A stretch of 64,000 bases of DNA from a virus. The translations under genes and the position numbers were made by a program. How positions within the stretch are numbered: position 1 is the stretch's first letter; every line of letters starts with the position of its first letter. The notes below the pieces were generated by a model. That model saw nothing but the letters and a program-made list of their open reading frames with translations, did not search any database and was not told the origin of the DNA. The DNA is taken from the IMG/VR virus record IMGVR_UViG_3300043015_000560, positions 16,086 through 80,085 of that record. The stretch is one strand, 5' to 3'. This document shows, one piece after another, positions 53,221-62,770 of the stretch.

Positions 53221-53736
53221 ATGAATATAACAGAATTTAAAGCCAGACTTGGCGCAGGCGGAGCAAGACCTAATCAGTTTAGAGTTTTGCTAGGCTTTCC
53301 GGGTTATGTCTCAGGCGTAGATCCTTCCTACAGTTTGTTGGTATCAGGAGCAGCATTGCCTGCTTCTACTGTAAACCCAGCAATCATCCAGTATAGAGGT
53401 CGTGAAGTTAAATTAGCAGGCGAAAGGATTTTTGATCCTTGGACCATTACAATTGTTAATGATACTGAACAGTCTCTAAGAAAAGCTTTTGAAGCATGGA
53501 TGGAAGGGATGAACGGTAAAGGAGATAACACGGGAGAGCTTAACCCGAATCAATACCAAGCTGATATTGTTGTAGAACACTTAGATAGAAATGACGACGT
53601 ATTACCAGGTGGAACATACACTTTGAGAAACGCATTTCCAATTCAGATGTCTGAAATTGCATTACAGTATGCACAGAACGACATCATTGAAGAATTTACG
53701 GTGACTTTCCAATACCAGCATTACGACGTAGCTTAA
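53221..53736 (+). CDS. gp19: Tail tube protein gp19
   Basis: GGARPNQFRV...RGREVKLAGERIFDPWTITIVND...IEEFTVTFQY. Confidence 0.96.
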   Translation: MNITEFKARLGAGGARPNQFRVLLGFPGYVSGVDPSYSLLVSGAALPASTVNPAIIQYRGREVKLAGERIFDPWTITIVNDTEQSLRKAFEAWMEGMNGKGDNTGELNPNQYQADIVVEHLDRNDDVLPGGTYTLRNAFPIQMSEIALQYAQNDIIEEFTVTFQYQHYDVA

Positions 53737-53759
53737 AGCTACTTTAGAGTTTATATAAT

Positions 53760-55280
53760 ATGAATATTTTTGGGTTTGAAATTTCTCGTCAGAAGGCACC
53801 ACAAACAGAGAAATCTTTTGTGGCGCCGACTGATGAGGGCTCTGTAGAAAGTATTAGAGCGGGTGGTTATTACGGCACTTACTTAGATTTAGAAGGTGTT
53901 GCCAATAACGACGCAGAACTAATTAAAAGATACAGAGACATATCTTTGATGGCAGACGTTGATGCTGCTATTGAAGATATTATTAATGATTGTTTGTCTA
54001 ATCTTGAGGATGAAGATCCCGTTACATTAAACTTAGACAAAGTTAAATTAAGTGCTAGTGTTAAGAAACAAATTTTTGAAGAATTTGAAAACATAACAGA
54101 TATACTAGACTTTAAGAATAGAGCTCAAGACTATTTTAGGCGATGGTACATTGATGGAAGAATGTTTTTCCATAAAGTCATTGATACCGCCGCTCCTAGG
54201 AAAGGTATTAAAGATATTAGATATATCGATCCTAGAAAAATTACTAAAGTTCGTGAAGTAAAGAAAGAGAAAAACGAACAAGGTGTTTTGTTTATTAAGG
54301 ATGTTGAAGAGTTCTTTATTTTTAATGATAAAGGAATCGCCAACAAGCCAGGGCAGTATAAAGCAGGACAAAATGATAATGCGTTAAAGATTACAAAGGA
54401 CGCAATTTGTTATGCACCAAGTGGTTTAGTAGATCAGGATAAGGGAACAGCTCTTTCTTATCTACACAAAGCGATTAGACCCGCTAACCAACTTAGAATG
54501 ATGGAAAATGCTGTGGTAATCTACCGTATTACACGAGCACCTGAGCGTAGAATTTTTTATGTAGATGTTGGCAACTTGCCTACAAATAAGGCAGAACAAT
54601 ATCTAAAAGACATTATGGATCGATATCGTAATAAATTAGTTTACGATGCCGGAACTGGCGAGATCCGAGATGATAAGAAATTTATGTCTATGTTGGAAGA
54701 CTTTTGGCTTCCACGTAGAGAAGGTGGTACAGGCACAGCGATTGATACTTTACCCGCAGGTCAAAACCTGGGGCAAATCGAAGATGTAGAATACTTTCAA
54801 AAGAAACTATATCAATCTCTCAACGTACCCGTATCCCGACTACAGCAACAGGCTGGACTTAACTTTGGCCGTGCTGCAGAAATTAATAGAGACGAACTTA
54901 AATTTACAAAGTTTGTCGCTAAGCTAAGGAATAAGTTTGCCGTCTTATTTGACGACTTGCTTAAGACACAGCTTTTACTAAAGAATGTTATTACTGAAGA
55001 TGATTGGAATTCTATTAAAGATGATATCCAATACAAGTTTGCTTCAGATGCATACTATACTGAATCTAAGAACCAAGAGATTCTAAGAAGCAGAGTAGAA
55101 GTGTTAAATGGAGTATCAGGTTATATAGGAACATTATTTAGTAAGAGTTATGTTCAAAAGAATATATTAATGTTAACTGATGAGGAAATAGAAGAGATGG
55201 CTCGGGATATGTCTTTAGAAGAACCGATGCAGGATCAACAACAAGGTGGAGATGAAGATGGACCAAACACAACAAATTAA
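53760..55280 (+). CDS. gp20: Portal protein gp20
   Basis: FRRWYIDGR, YRITRAPERRIFYVDVGNLP, MLEDFWLPRREGG, RDELKF. Confidence 0.97.
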   Translation: MNIFGFEISRQKAPQTEKSFVAPTDEGSVESIRAGGYYGTYLDLEGVANNDAELIKRYRDISLMADVDAAIEDIINDCLSNLEDEDPVTLNLDKVKLSASVKKQIFEEFENITDILDFKNRAQDYFRRWYIDGRMFFHKVIDTAAPRKGIKDIRYIDPRKITKVREVKKEKNEQGVLFIKDVEEFFIFNDKGIANKPGQYKAGQNDNALKITKDAICYAPSGLVDQDKGTALSYLHKAIRPANQLRMMENAVVIYRITRAPERRIFYVDVGNLPTNKAEQYLKDIMDRYRNKLVYDAGTGEIRDDKKFMSMLEDFWLPRREGGTGTAIDTLPAGQNLGQIEDVEYFQKKLYQSLNVPVSRLQQQAGLNFGRAAEINRDELKFTKFVAKLRNKFAVLFDDLLKTQLLLKNVITEDDWNSIKDDIQYKFASDAYYTESKNQEILRSRVEVLNGVSGYIGTLFSKSYVQKNILMLTDEEIEEMARDMSLEEPMQDQQQGGDEDGPNTTN

Positions 55281-55524
55281 AGATATGATGGACAGCATTG
55301 CAAATGGCAAGGCAAGTGAAATACAAGATAAGTTTAATGCTATAATGATGGACAGAGCAAACAATGCCGTCAATGATTATAAGCAAGAACTTTCTCAGTC
55401 TGTATTTAAAAACCCAGAAATGCAAGCAATGGGTTTGGCAGACGGAGAAGAACACATTACAGATGATCCTGCGATGGAGTCAGATGTAGAAGAAACAGAG
55501 GAAGAAACAGATGAAGAAGTTTAA
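55258..55524 (+). CDS. Acidic prohead core protein (gp67-like position)
   Basis: Small acidic ORF after portal; synteny. Confidence 0.6.
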   Translation: MDQTQQIKDMMDSIANGKASEIQDKFNAIMMDRANNAVNDYKQELSQSVFKNPEMQAMGLADGEEHITDDPAMESDVEETEEETDEEV

Positions 55525-55798
55525 CGAATTTAGAAGTGGACTAGTAGAAGCCCCGGTTGACGGAGTAGCTCCTGGTTCTCTAGAGAACGATAAGCATATG
55601 TGTGCAAGTAAAATTTTTCACAAAGAGTGGAAAGAAGGCACACCTGTTATTGGTGAGCATGCTGAACCCGATGAGACGGGTAACATCTCATGGTATAGCG
55701 TTATGTTCGAGCACGGCATTGAGACTGTGCAAGTTGATGATTTAGATGTAGAGGTAGTAGAACTCCTCGAACATGGAAACCATAAAAAGAAAAAATAA
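55511..55798 (+). CDS. Hypothetical prohead-associated protein
   Basis: MKKFNEFR start; HMCA...H..PD..G...WY.V.FEHG pattern. Confidence 0.65.
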   Translation: MKKFNEFRSGLVEAPVDGVAPGSLENDKHMCASKIFHKEWKEGTPVIGEHAEPDETGNISWYSVMFEHGIETVQVDDLDVEVVELLEHGNHKKKK

Positions 55799-55811
55799 CT
55801 GGAGAGAATAA

Positions 55812-56201
55812 ATGGCAGCAACAGTATCAATGTTAAAGCTAACCCAAGTACAAGGGGTAGCAAGGGCTAGCGGAGCCAATTCAGAGACGGCAACAATTGA
55901 CTTGTCTGTAGACCTTAAGAAGGCAACTGAAACCGTAGGTACGCCCGTAGTTAACATTTCTAGAGTTCATTGGTACTGCGACAAAAATGCGTCGGCGACC
56001 ATTACTAGAAACGGCGTGACTATACTCCACCTTCACGATAATGGTTATACCGACTGGTATGGCTTCACAGAAAATACCGAGAATGAATCAGATATCGAAG
56101 TTGCATTTTCTAATGGCGAAGGTGTTGTACTCTTGGAACTATCTAAGAACGCAGGCTACGGTTCACAACAGCACCAAGGTGCAGATGGAGACTTAGGATA
56201 A
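55812..56201 (+). CDS. Hypothetical structural protein
   Basis: GGAG SD; between portal and protease. Confidence 0.7.
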   Translation: MAATVSMLKLTQVQGVARASGANSETATIDLSVDLKKATETVGTPVVNISRVHWYCDKNASATITRNGVTILHLHDNGYTDWYGFTENTENESDIEVAFSNGEGVVLLELSKNAGYGSQQHQGADGDLG

Positions 56202-56863
56202 TGAAACTAATTAAAGAAATTAACGAGGAAGTAAAATACCTCCAAGAAGTTAACGAAGAAACTGGAAAGAGATCTCACTTTATTGAGGGTATCTTTTTAC
56301 AGTCTAATCTAACAAATAGAAACGGTCGATGCTATCCGAAAGATGTGATGCAAGAAGAAGTCGCAAGATACACAAAAGAAAGCATTGACAAAAAACGAGC
56401 ATACGGTGAGCTTGGTCATCCTGATGGCCCCACTGTAAACTTAGACAGAGTTTCCCATATGATTGTTTCCTTAAAAGAATCAGGAGATAATTATATTGGG
56501 CGAGCAAAGATTCTTGACACCCCTATGGGGAAAATTGTTAAGGAACTTATTGACGAAGGTGCTTCTCTGGGCGTAAGCTCTAGAGGGCTGGGTACAATTA
56601 AGGAACGAAATGGTATCAACGAAGTACAGAGCGATTTTCACTTAGCTACCGCTGCTGATATTGTTGCAGATCCTTCAGCCCCGGATGCTTTTGTTCATGG
56701 GATAATGGAAAATAAGGAATGGGTTAATGTTGGCGGTGTTTGGCAAGAGCAATTTATCGATCAAGCCAAAGATTTTATCGACGACGCCACCTTAGCTGGA
56801 AACCTAGAAGAAGCTAAACTTCAAGTTTTTGAAAGTTTCTTAAACAAATTGTCCAAAATTTAG
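56201..56863 (+). CDS. gp21: Prohead protease gp21
   Basis: NRNGR.YP, GELGHPDGPTVNLDRVSH, LGVSSRGLG, DIVADPSAPDAFV. Confidence 0.96.
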   Translation: MKLIKEINEEVKYLQEVNEETGKRSHFIEGIFLQSNLTNRNGRCYPKDVMQEEVARYTKESIDKKRAYGELGHPDGPTVNLDRVSHMIVSLKESGDNYIGRAKILDTPMGKIVKELIDEGASLGVSSRGLGTIKERNGINEVQSDFHLATAADIVADPSAPDAFVHGIMENKEWVNVGGVWQEQFIDQAKDFIDDATLAGNLEEAKLQVFESFLNKLSKI

Positions 56864-56867
56864 AATA

Positions 56868-56875
56868 TATAAATA
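56868..56875 (+). promoter_or_regulatory. T4 late promoter
   Basis: TATAAATA before gp22. Confidence 0.85.
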
Positions 56876-56915
56876 TATTAGGCAATATAAACAAACCGTA
56901 AAAGGGAGTAAAACA

Positions 56916-58076
56916 ATGGGAGTAGAATCCAAAATTAGAGAACTTATGGAGGGCGCCGCAAATCGTCCTTTAGATAAGCAAACAGGTGATGCTACAGCCC
57001 CTACTCAAGGTAGTTCAGACGCTAACCCCGAAATGCAGGACCTAAGTGGTGCAGGCAATAAGGAAGGTGGATTGACATCAGAAGTAGGCAAGGCAGCATC
57101 AGGCAAAGCCTCTAAAGATAGTACTCTTCCTAAAGGCCAAGGCGCTGGTAAAGCACCTAACTTCTCAGACGAAGAAGATCCTAAGAATGTAGTTGCACAA
57201 GCTAGTTCAAAAGGAAACGTCGCTAAAGAAGAAGTTGAGTCTGAAGAAGAAGAAATTGTCGTAGAGGAAGAGATTGTAGACGAAGCAGAATTAGAAGTAG
57301 CTGAGGAAGAGGAAGTAATTTCTGAAGACGAAGCCGCTGAAGAAGAAGCAGAAGACGCACTTTTCGAAGAAGACCTTAAGGCCTTGTTCGCAGACGAAGA
57401 ACATCTCAGCGAAGATTTCAAAGTTAAAGCAGCTAATATCTTTGAAGCTATTGTTACATCTAGAGTAACATCTGAAGTTGATGCTATTGAAGCAGAACTT
57501 ACAGAACAGTACAATAGTGAAATGGAATCAGCAAAAGAGGGATTGGTAGAGAGTATCGACAAATACCTTAGCTATGTAACTGAAAACTGGATGAGCGAGA
57601 ACCAACTTGCAATTGAGCAAGGAATCAAAACGGAAGTTACTGAATCCTTTATCAAGGGTTTGCAACAGGTTTTCACAGAGCATTACATCGACATTCCAGA
57701 AGAGAAATACGATGTGCTTGGTGAGATGCAAAGTAAGATTGATGAACTGTCATCTAAGCTCGACGAGCAGACACAGGCAATGATTGAATCTACAGAGGAA
57801 GCAACTCAACTGAGGAAAGAAAAAGTATTTGCAGAAGTAGCAGAAAGCTTAGCTTCAACTGAAGCCGAAAAGTTTGCCACATTGTGTGAAGATATTTCTT
57901 TTGGAAGTGAAGAGATGTATAGACAAAAGCTTGTCGTTGTTAAGGAAAACTATTTTCCCAAAGACGTTGCAGAGTCTACGGAGAAACTAGTTGATAGCGT
58001 TGAAGGTGATGCCTTAATAGAGAACGGCACAATGGCAAAATATGCCAAGGCAATCTCTCAGTCATCCAAGTTTTAA
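56916..58076 (+). CDS. gp22: Prohead scaffold gp22
   Basis: LSEDFK.KAANIFEA, IDKYLSYVTENWM.EN.LAIE.G, F.EHYIDIPEEK.DV. Confidence 0.93.
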   Translation: MGVESKIRELMEGAANRPLDKQTGDATAPTQGSSDANPEMQDLSGAGNKEGGLTSEVGKAASGKASKDSTLPKGQGAGKAPNFSDEEDPKNVVAQASSKGNVAKEEVESEEEEIVVEEEIVDEAELEVAEEEEVISEDEAAEEEAEDALFEEDLKALFADEEHLSEDFKVKAANIFEAIVTSRVTSEVDAIEAELTEQYNSEMESAKEGLVESIDKYLSYVTENWMSENQLAIEQGIKTEVTESFIKGLQQVFTEHYIDIPEEKYDVLGEMQSKIDELSSKLDEQTQAMIESTEEATQLRKEKVFAEVAESLASTEAEKFATLCEDISFGSEEMYRQKLVVVKENYFPKDVAESTEKLVDSVEGDALIENGTMAKYAKAISQSSKF

Positions 58077-58095
58077 CAATCAAAGTTTAATTTTT

Positions 58096-58103
58096 TATAA
58101 ATA
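58096..58103 (+). promoter_or_regulatory. T4 late promoter
   Basis: TATAAATA before gp23. Confidence 0.85.
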
Positions 58104-58153
58104 ATTAGAGTTATATAATAACACAAATAACTGAAACAACAAGGAGAACTTAA

Positions 58154-59419
58154 ATGTATCTTTCAGAAGAACTACAAAACAAGTGGGAGCCCGTATTAAA
58201 GCACCCTGATCTTTCTGAGATCAAGGACGCTCATAGACGTGCTGTTACTACCGTTGTTCTTGAGAACCAAGAGAAAGCCCTCCGCGAGGAAAAGGCGGTT
58301 TTCAACGAAGCAACACACGCTAACCAGACAGGTTCAGGAATCGATAACTACGATCCTATCCTAATCTCTTTGGTAAGACGTGCATTACCAAATCTTATGG
58401 CATATGATGTCTGTGGTGTTCAGCCAATGACTGGACCTACAGGACTTATTTTCGCCATGAAATCTCACTATGCTAGCCAAACAGGCGACGAAGCATTATT
58501 TAACGAAGCAGACACTGACTTCTCAGGTGCAGGCACACACGCTGGATCTAATCCAGTAGACGGCGCTTACACTACTGGTAACGGTGTATCTACTTCTACA
58601 GCAGAAGGCTTTGGCGATACTACTACACTTAACGAAATGGCTTTCTCAATTGAGAAAACAACTGTTACCGCTAAGTCTAGAGCGCTTAAAGCAGAATACA
58701 CTATCGAACTTGCACAAGACTTGAAAGCTATTCACGGTCTTGATGCAGAGTCTGAATTGTCTAACATCCTCTCTCAAGAGATCCTAGCAGAAATCAACAG
58801 AGAAGTTATTAGAACAATTTACAAAGTCGCTAAAACAGGTTCTGCTTCTACAGCAACACCTGGTACATTCGACTTAGACGTTGACTCTAACGGTAGATGG
58901 TCTGTAGAACGTTTCAAAGGATTACTGTTTAACATCGAAAGAGATGCTAACGTAATTGCACAAGACACACGTAGAGGTAAAGGTAACTTTATTATCTGTT
59001 CAGCAGACGTTGCATCAGCAATGGCTATGGCAGGTGTTCTTGACTACACTCCAGCACTTTCAACTAACCTAAACGTTGATGACACAGGTAACACATTCGC
59101 TGGTGTACTTAACGGACGTTATAAAGTATACATTGATCCTTATTCCGCTAACACTGGAGCTGCTAGCCAGTTCTACACAGTTGGCTACAAAGGAACAAGC
59201 CCATACGACGCAGGTCTGTTCTACTGTCCTTACGTTCCTCTACAAATGGTTAGAGCGATTGATCCTAGCACCTTCCAGCCAAAAATCGGCTTTAAGACAC
59301 GTTACGGAATGATTGCTAACCCATTCGTAGTAGACGGTTCAGGTAACACAGACGGCGACAACTTTACAGCTGACAGAAACCAATACTACAGAAGTGTAAA
59401 AGTTTCTAACTTGATGTAA
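58154..59419 (+). CDS. gp23: Major capsid protein gp23
   Basis: DPILISLVRRA.PNLMAYDVCGVQPMTGPTGLIFAM; SRALKAEY..ELAQDLKAIHGLDAE; FQPKIGFKTRYG. Confidence 0.98.
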   Translation: MYLSEELQNKWEPVLKHPDLSEIKDAHRRAVTTVVLENQEKALREEKAVFNEATHANQTGSGIDNYDPILISLVRRALPNLMAYDVCGVQPMTGPTGLIFAMKSHYASQTGDEALFNEADTDFSGAGTHAGSNPVDGAYTTGNGVSTSTAEGFGDTTTLNEMAFSIEKTTVTAKSRALKAEYTIELAQDLKAIHGLDAESELSNILSQEILAEINREVIRTIYKVAKTGSASTATPGTFDLDVDSNGRWSVERFKGLLFNIERDANVIAQDTRRGKGNFIICSADVASAMAMAGVLDYTPALSTNLNVDDTGNTFAGVLNGRYKVYIDPYSANTGAASQFYTVGYKGTSPYDAGLFYCPYVPLQMVRAIDPSTFQPKIGFKTRYGMIANPFVVDGSGNTDGDNFTADRNQYYRSVKVSNLM

Positions 59420-59455
59420 GTCAAAAAAAAGAATTCCGTAACAACGGAACACTTT

Positions 59456-59483
59456 AAAGGGACTCTTAGGAGTCCCTTTTTTT
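59456..59483 (+). terminator. Rho-independent terminator after gp23
   Basis: AAAGGGACTC-TTAG-GAGTCCCTTT plus T tract. Confidence 0.9.
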
Positions 59484-59503
59484 GTGCCTTCAATCTTATA
59501 ACT

Positions 59504-59511
59504 TATAAATA
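59504..59511 (+). promoter_or_regulatory. T4 late promoter for lipoprotein gene
   Basis: TATAAATA. Confidence 0.8.
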
Positions 59512-59557
59512 GTAGTGTCTTTACATTTAAGTGAAGACTAAACCAGAGGTATAATAA

Positions 59558-59833
59558 ATGAATAAATTATTCACTATTATTGCAGTCCTCGGTTTTGTAG
59601 TTTTATTACCTTCATGTGCTTCAGTTGGAGCAGTTATAGAAGGTGGTAAAGACGTGACTACAAGTATAGTTGATACATCTGTCAAAACAGCGGGTAACAT
59701 TGGTACGGCTGTTCTTAGAGATGCCTCTGACATTGTTAATACAGCAGCAGATGCAGCTGAAGGTGTCGTAGATACAGTAGTTACGGAGATTGATAAGCAA
59801 ACCGACGAGCTTCAAGAACCAAAAAAGGACTAA
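59558..59833 (+). CDS. Putative lipoprotein with amphipathic helical repeats; candidate -1 frameshift extension to 59940
   Basis: MNK + hydrophobic stretch + LPSC lipobox; ends CCA AAA AAG GAC TAA. Confidence 0.8.
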   Translation: MNKLFTIIAVLGFVVLLPSCASVGAVIEGGKDVTTSIVDTSVKTAGNIGTAVLRDASDIVNTAADAAEGVVDTVVTEIDKQTDELQEPKKD

Positions 59834-59943
59834 GGATTTTCTCTATTCGCAACGAGAAAAGACAAGCCGATCAAGACATTAAAATTCTAGTTAAACGGAT
59901 ATTAAAGTATTGTGAGGATAATCCAAAAGAGTGCGAATAAACT

Positions 59944-59966
59944 AGGGCAGGAAACTGCCCTTTTTT
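59944..59966 (+). terminator. Rho-independent terminator
   Basis: AGGGCAG-GAAA-CTGCCCT plus T tract. Confidence 0.9.
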
Positions 59967-59971
59967 ATCTT

Positions 59972-59979
59972 TATAAATA
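59972..59979 (+). promoter_or_regulatory. T4 late promoter
   Basis: TATAAATA. Confidence 0.8.
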
Positions 59980-60022
59980 GTAGGTAAGCACAAGGAAGTG
60001 TTTATTTTTACAATGGAGAGAA

Positions 60023-60184
60023 ATGGCTAAATCATGGCAAAACACAAAGAACGCACTTAGACACATAGTTAAAGGTACATCACAAGGCGATGGTGGCAGA
60101 GGGCGAAAAACAAAACAAAACACCAGTACAATGAACAAACATAGAAGACGTTCATTTAAGAAATATAGAGGACAGGGCAAATAA
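60023..60184 (+). CDS. Small basic protein (53 aa, ends KKYRGQGK)
   Basis: Missed by ORF track; GGAGAG SD; MAKSWQ...STMNKHRRRSFKKYRGQGK*; TAATG coupling to gp3. Confidence 0.8.
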   Translation: MAKSWQNTKNALRHIVKGTSQGDGGRGRKTKQNTSTMNKHRRRSFKKYRGQGK

Positions 60185-60771
60185 TGGCATTGGACAAGAC
60201 ATTAAATATAACAGAAGCAGACTTTGATGCAGGTAACCCTAGTGAGTTAGACTATCTAAAGCCTAATGGGTTTAAGTTTCTTGTCCACAATTTACCTAAT
60301 GTTTCATTCTTTTGTCAATCAGCAAACATACCTGATATGACAATGGGCTCACCAGTAGTAGCAACACCGCTAGTTGATTACTTCGAACCAGGCGATAAAA
60401 TACAGTTTGGAGAGTTATCAATTAGATTCCTCATACAAGAGAACATGGCTAACTACACAGAGCTCTATGAGTGGCTAAGAGGTTTGGGCTTCCCAGAAGA
60501 CCATACCGAATACAAAAAGTTTACAGAATCACAAGGGTACCGTTTCCCAGACATTGCTCCTCACAAACAAGGATCCTTAGGCGAGAAGAGTGATGCAACA
60601 TTGTTTATTTTAGATAGTAATAATGTAGCCAAATCTAAAATCATATTTCAAGATGCATTCCCAATTGCTCTAAGTGGCTTGGACTTTGACATCTCTTCTG
60701 GCAATACAGAGTACTTCCAAGGGATTGCCTCTTTTAGGTATAGACAGTATATTATATCTACTAATATATAA
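60184..60771 (+). CDS. gp3: Tail tube terminator/completion protein gp3
   Basis: YLKPNGFKF...LPNVSFFCQSANIP...PGDKIQFGELSIRFL..ENM.NY.E...SDATLFILDS...FP..LSGLDF. Confidence 0.9.
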   Translation: MALDKTLNITEADFDAGNPSELDYLKPNGFKFLVHNLPNVSFFCQSANIPDMTMGSPVVATPLVDYFEPGDKIQFGELSIRFLIQENMANYTELYEWLRGLGFPEDHTEYKKFTESQGYRFPDIAPHKQGSLGEKSDATLFILDSNNVAKSKIIFQDAFPIALSGLDFDISSGNTEYFQGIASFRYRQYIISTNI

Positions 60772-60787
60772 ACGGTCACCTTTGTCC

Positions 60788-60815
60788 TTGACAATCACAC
60801 CGTTTAGTGTATAAT
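60788..60815 (+). promoter_or_regulatory. Sigma70-type promoter for uvsY-uvsW
   Basis: TTGACA-N16-TATAAT. Confidence 0.75.
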
Positions 60816-60843
60816 ACGTTATATATAGCAACAGGACTTTATT

Positions 60844-61284
60844 ATGAAACTTGATGAACTACAAGCCGAATGGAAAAAAGACTCACAGATTGATGAGCTC
60901 AATCTAGGTTCAGCAGCAATTAAAACATCTGAACTACACGCCAAGTACCTTAATGTTCTAACTACTTTCAGACTTCAATCTCGAAAGTATGAATCACAAA
61001 TGTTGACGCTAAGACGAACCAAGTGGAGGTACTTCCGCGGAGAGTTGTCAAAGTCGGAGTTGGATCAATTAGGTTGGGATCAATACTTAGGACCTCAGCC
61101 ACTTAAAAACGAAATGAATGATTACTTAGACAGTGATCCTGATATTATCATCTTAGCAGATAAGGTTGAATATATTAGAGCTTGTTTCGATTATGTAGAG
61201 CGTATTATGCGCTCACTTAATAGTAGAACATGGGACGTGAAAAACGCAATTGAATGGACTAAATTTACAAACGGATTAATGTAA
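60844..61284 (+). CDS. uvsY: Recombination mediator UvsY
   Basis: W.KDSQID...LHAKY...YLDSD.D...R.WDVKNAIEW.KF..G. Confidence 0.92.
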   Translation: MKLDELQAEWKKDSQIDELNLGSAAIKTSELHAKYLNVLTTFRLQSRKYESQMLTLRRTKWRYFRGELSKSELDQLGWDQYLGPQPLKNEMNDYLDSDPDIIILADKVEYIRACFDYVERIMRSLNSRTWDVKNAIEWTKFTNGLM

Positions 61285-61288
61285 CGAT

Positions 61289-62770
61289 ATGATACACGTC
61301 ACAAAAGTAGACGAGTGCTACTTACATATTAAAACAGACCCTAGCACAGCACAAGAGATAAACGATTATTTCACGTTTGATGTTCCAGGTGCTCGCTTCA
61401 TGCCACTGTACAAAAACAGAATGTGGGATGGGAAAGCTAGACTTTTCAATATGTATAAATCGTCATTGTATGTTGGCCTACTACCTTATCTAGAGGAGTT
61501 TGCTAACACACTAGAATATCCCCTAACTAAAGACATCGAAGAAATAGGAGACCCTGTTTCTGTGTCGTACATGACTAAATTTACAAAGGAGTTAAATTTA
61601 CAATCTAATGGAAAAAGTATTGAAGCGCGTGACTACCAAGTTAACGCCATCACAACAGCAGTTAATCGAGGACGCTGTCTACTTGTCAGCCCAACTGCTT
61701 CTGGCAAGTCTCTCATTATTTATTCCTTGGTTCGTTATCATAGCAACCTAGGAAGAAAACAACTCATTATAGTACCAACCACTTCGCTGGTTGAACAAAT
61801 GTACGGCGACTTTCAAGATTACGCATCCGCAGACTCTTGGAAGGCTTCTGAACAATGTCATAGAATATACGGTGGAAAAGAAAAGTCCAATGATTTTCCA
61901 GTGACTATATCAACCTGGCAATCCATATATAAGTTTCCAAAGTCGTGGTTTGAGAAATTCGATGTCGTGTACGGAGACGAAGCTCATCAGTTTAAAGCAA
62001 AATCACTTACAAGTATCTTAGATAAATGTACCACTACTCCATATAGAATAGGAACTACGGGTACCTTAGATGGTACAAAGACACACAAACTAGTTCTAGA
62101 GGGTATCTTCGGTGAGGTTAAAAACGTTATTACCACCAAGAAACTAATGGATACGGATCAAGTTGCAACGTTGAAAATCATTGGAATGATCCTAGAATAC
62201 TCAGATGCAGATCGTCAATTAGTTAAAAAGATGAACTATGCTGAGGAAATGGATTGGCTTGTAACTAATCCTGTACGCAATACATTGCTAAGAAACCTTA
62301 CAATATCTCAAACAGGCAACACGCTTGTTCTTTTCCAATACGTTGAAAAGCACGGCAAAGTCTTATATGAGATGATTAAAGAAAAAGTCGCAGAGGGTAG
62401 AAAAGTATTCTTTGTCTTTGGTGGAACAGATACAGAACAGCGTGAAGAAATCAGACGCTTGACAGAGAAAGAAAACGATTGTATAATAGTCGCATCATAC
62501 GGCACATTCTCAACGGGCATAAATATAAGGAACCTACATAATATTGTGTTCGCTTCTCCTAGTAAATCTAGGATTAGAAACTTACAGTCCATAGGTAGAG
62601 GGCTAAGAAAAGGCGACAACAAAACGTCTTGTAACTTGTTTGATGTTGGTGACGATCTAATGTGGAAGTCTAAAAAGAACTACACACTAGGACATATGGT
62701 GGAAAGAATTAAGATATATAATGAAGAAAAATTTAATTACAAACTAGTAAGAATAAAAGTAGATGGATAA
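61289..62770 (+). CDS. uvsW: SF2 helicase UvsW
   Basis: SPTASGKS, DEAH, GTTGT, SYGTFSTGINIRNLHN, LQSIGRGLR. Confidence 0.96.
   Translation: MIHVTKVDECYLHIKTDPSTAQEINDYFTFDVPGARFMPLYKNRMWDGKARLFNMYKSSLYVGLLPYLEEFANTLEYPLTKDIEEIGDPVSVSYMTKFTKELNLQSNGKSIEARDYQVNAITTAVNRGRCLLVSPTASGKSLIIYSLVRYHSNLGRKQLIIVPTTSLVEQMYGDFQDYASADSWKASEQCHRIYGGKEKSNDFPVTISTWQSIYKFPKSWFEKFDVVYGDEAHQFKAKSLTSILDKCTTTPYRIGTTGTLDGTKTHKLVLEGIFGEVKNVITTKKLMDTDQVATLKIIGMILEYSDADRQLVKKMNYAEEMDWLVTNPVRNTLLRNLTISQTGNTLVLFQYVEKHGKVLYEMIKEKVAEGRKVFFVFGGTDTEQREEIRRLTEKENDCIIVASYGTFSTGINIRNLHNIVFASPSKSRIRNLQSIGRGLRKGDNKTSCNLFDVGDDLMWKSKKNYTLGHMVERIKIYNEEKFNYKLVRIKVDG

Noticed and set aside
49812-62770. Inteins, introns or homing endonucleases in gp17, gp20, gp23 or uvsW
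   Set aside because: All are uninterrupted and of normal length, with no intein termini or HNH/GIY-YIG motifs seen
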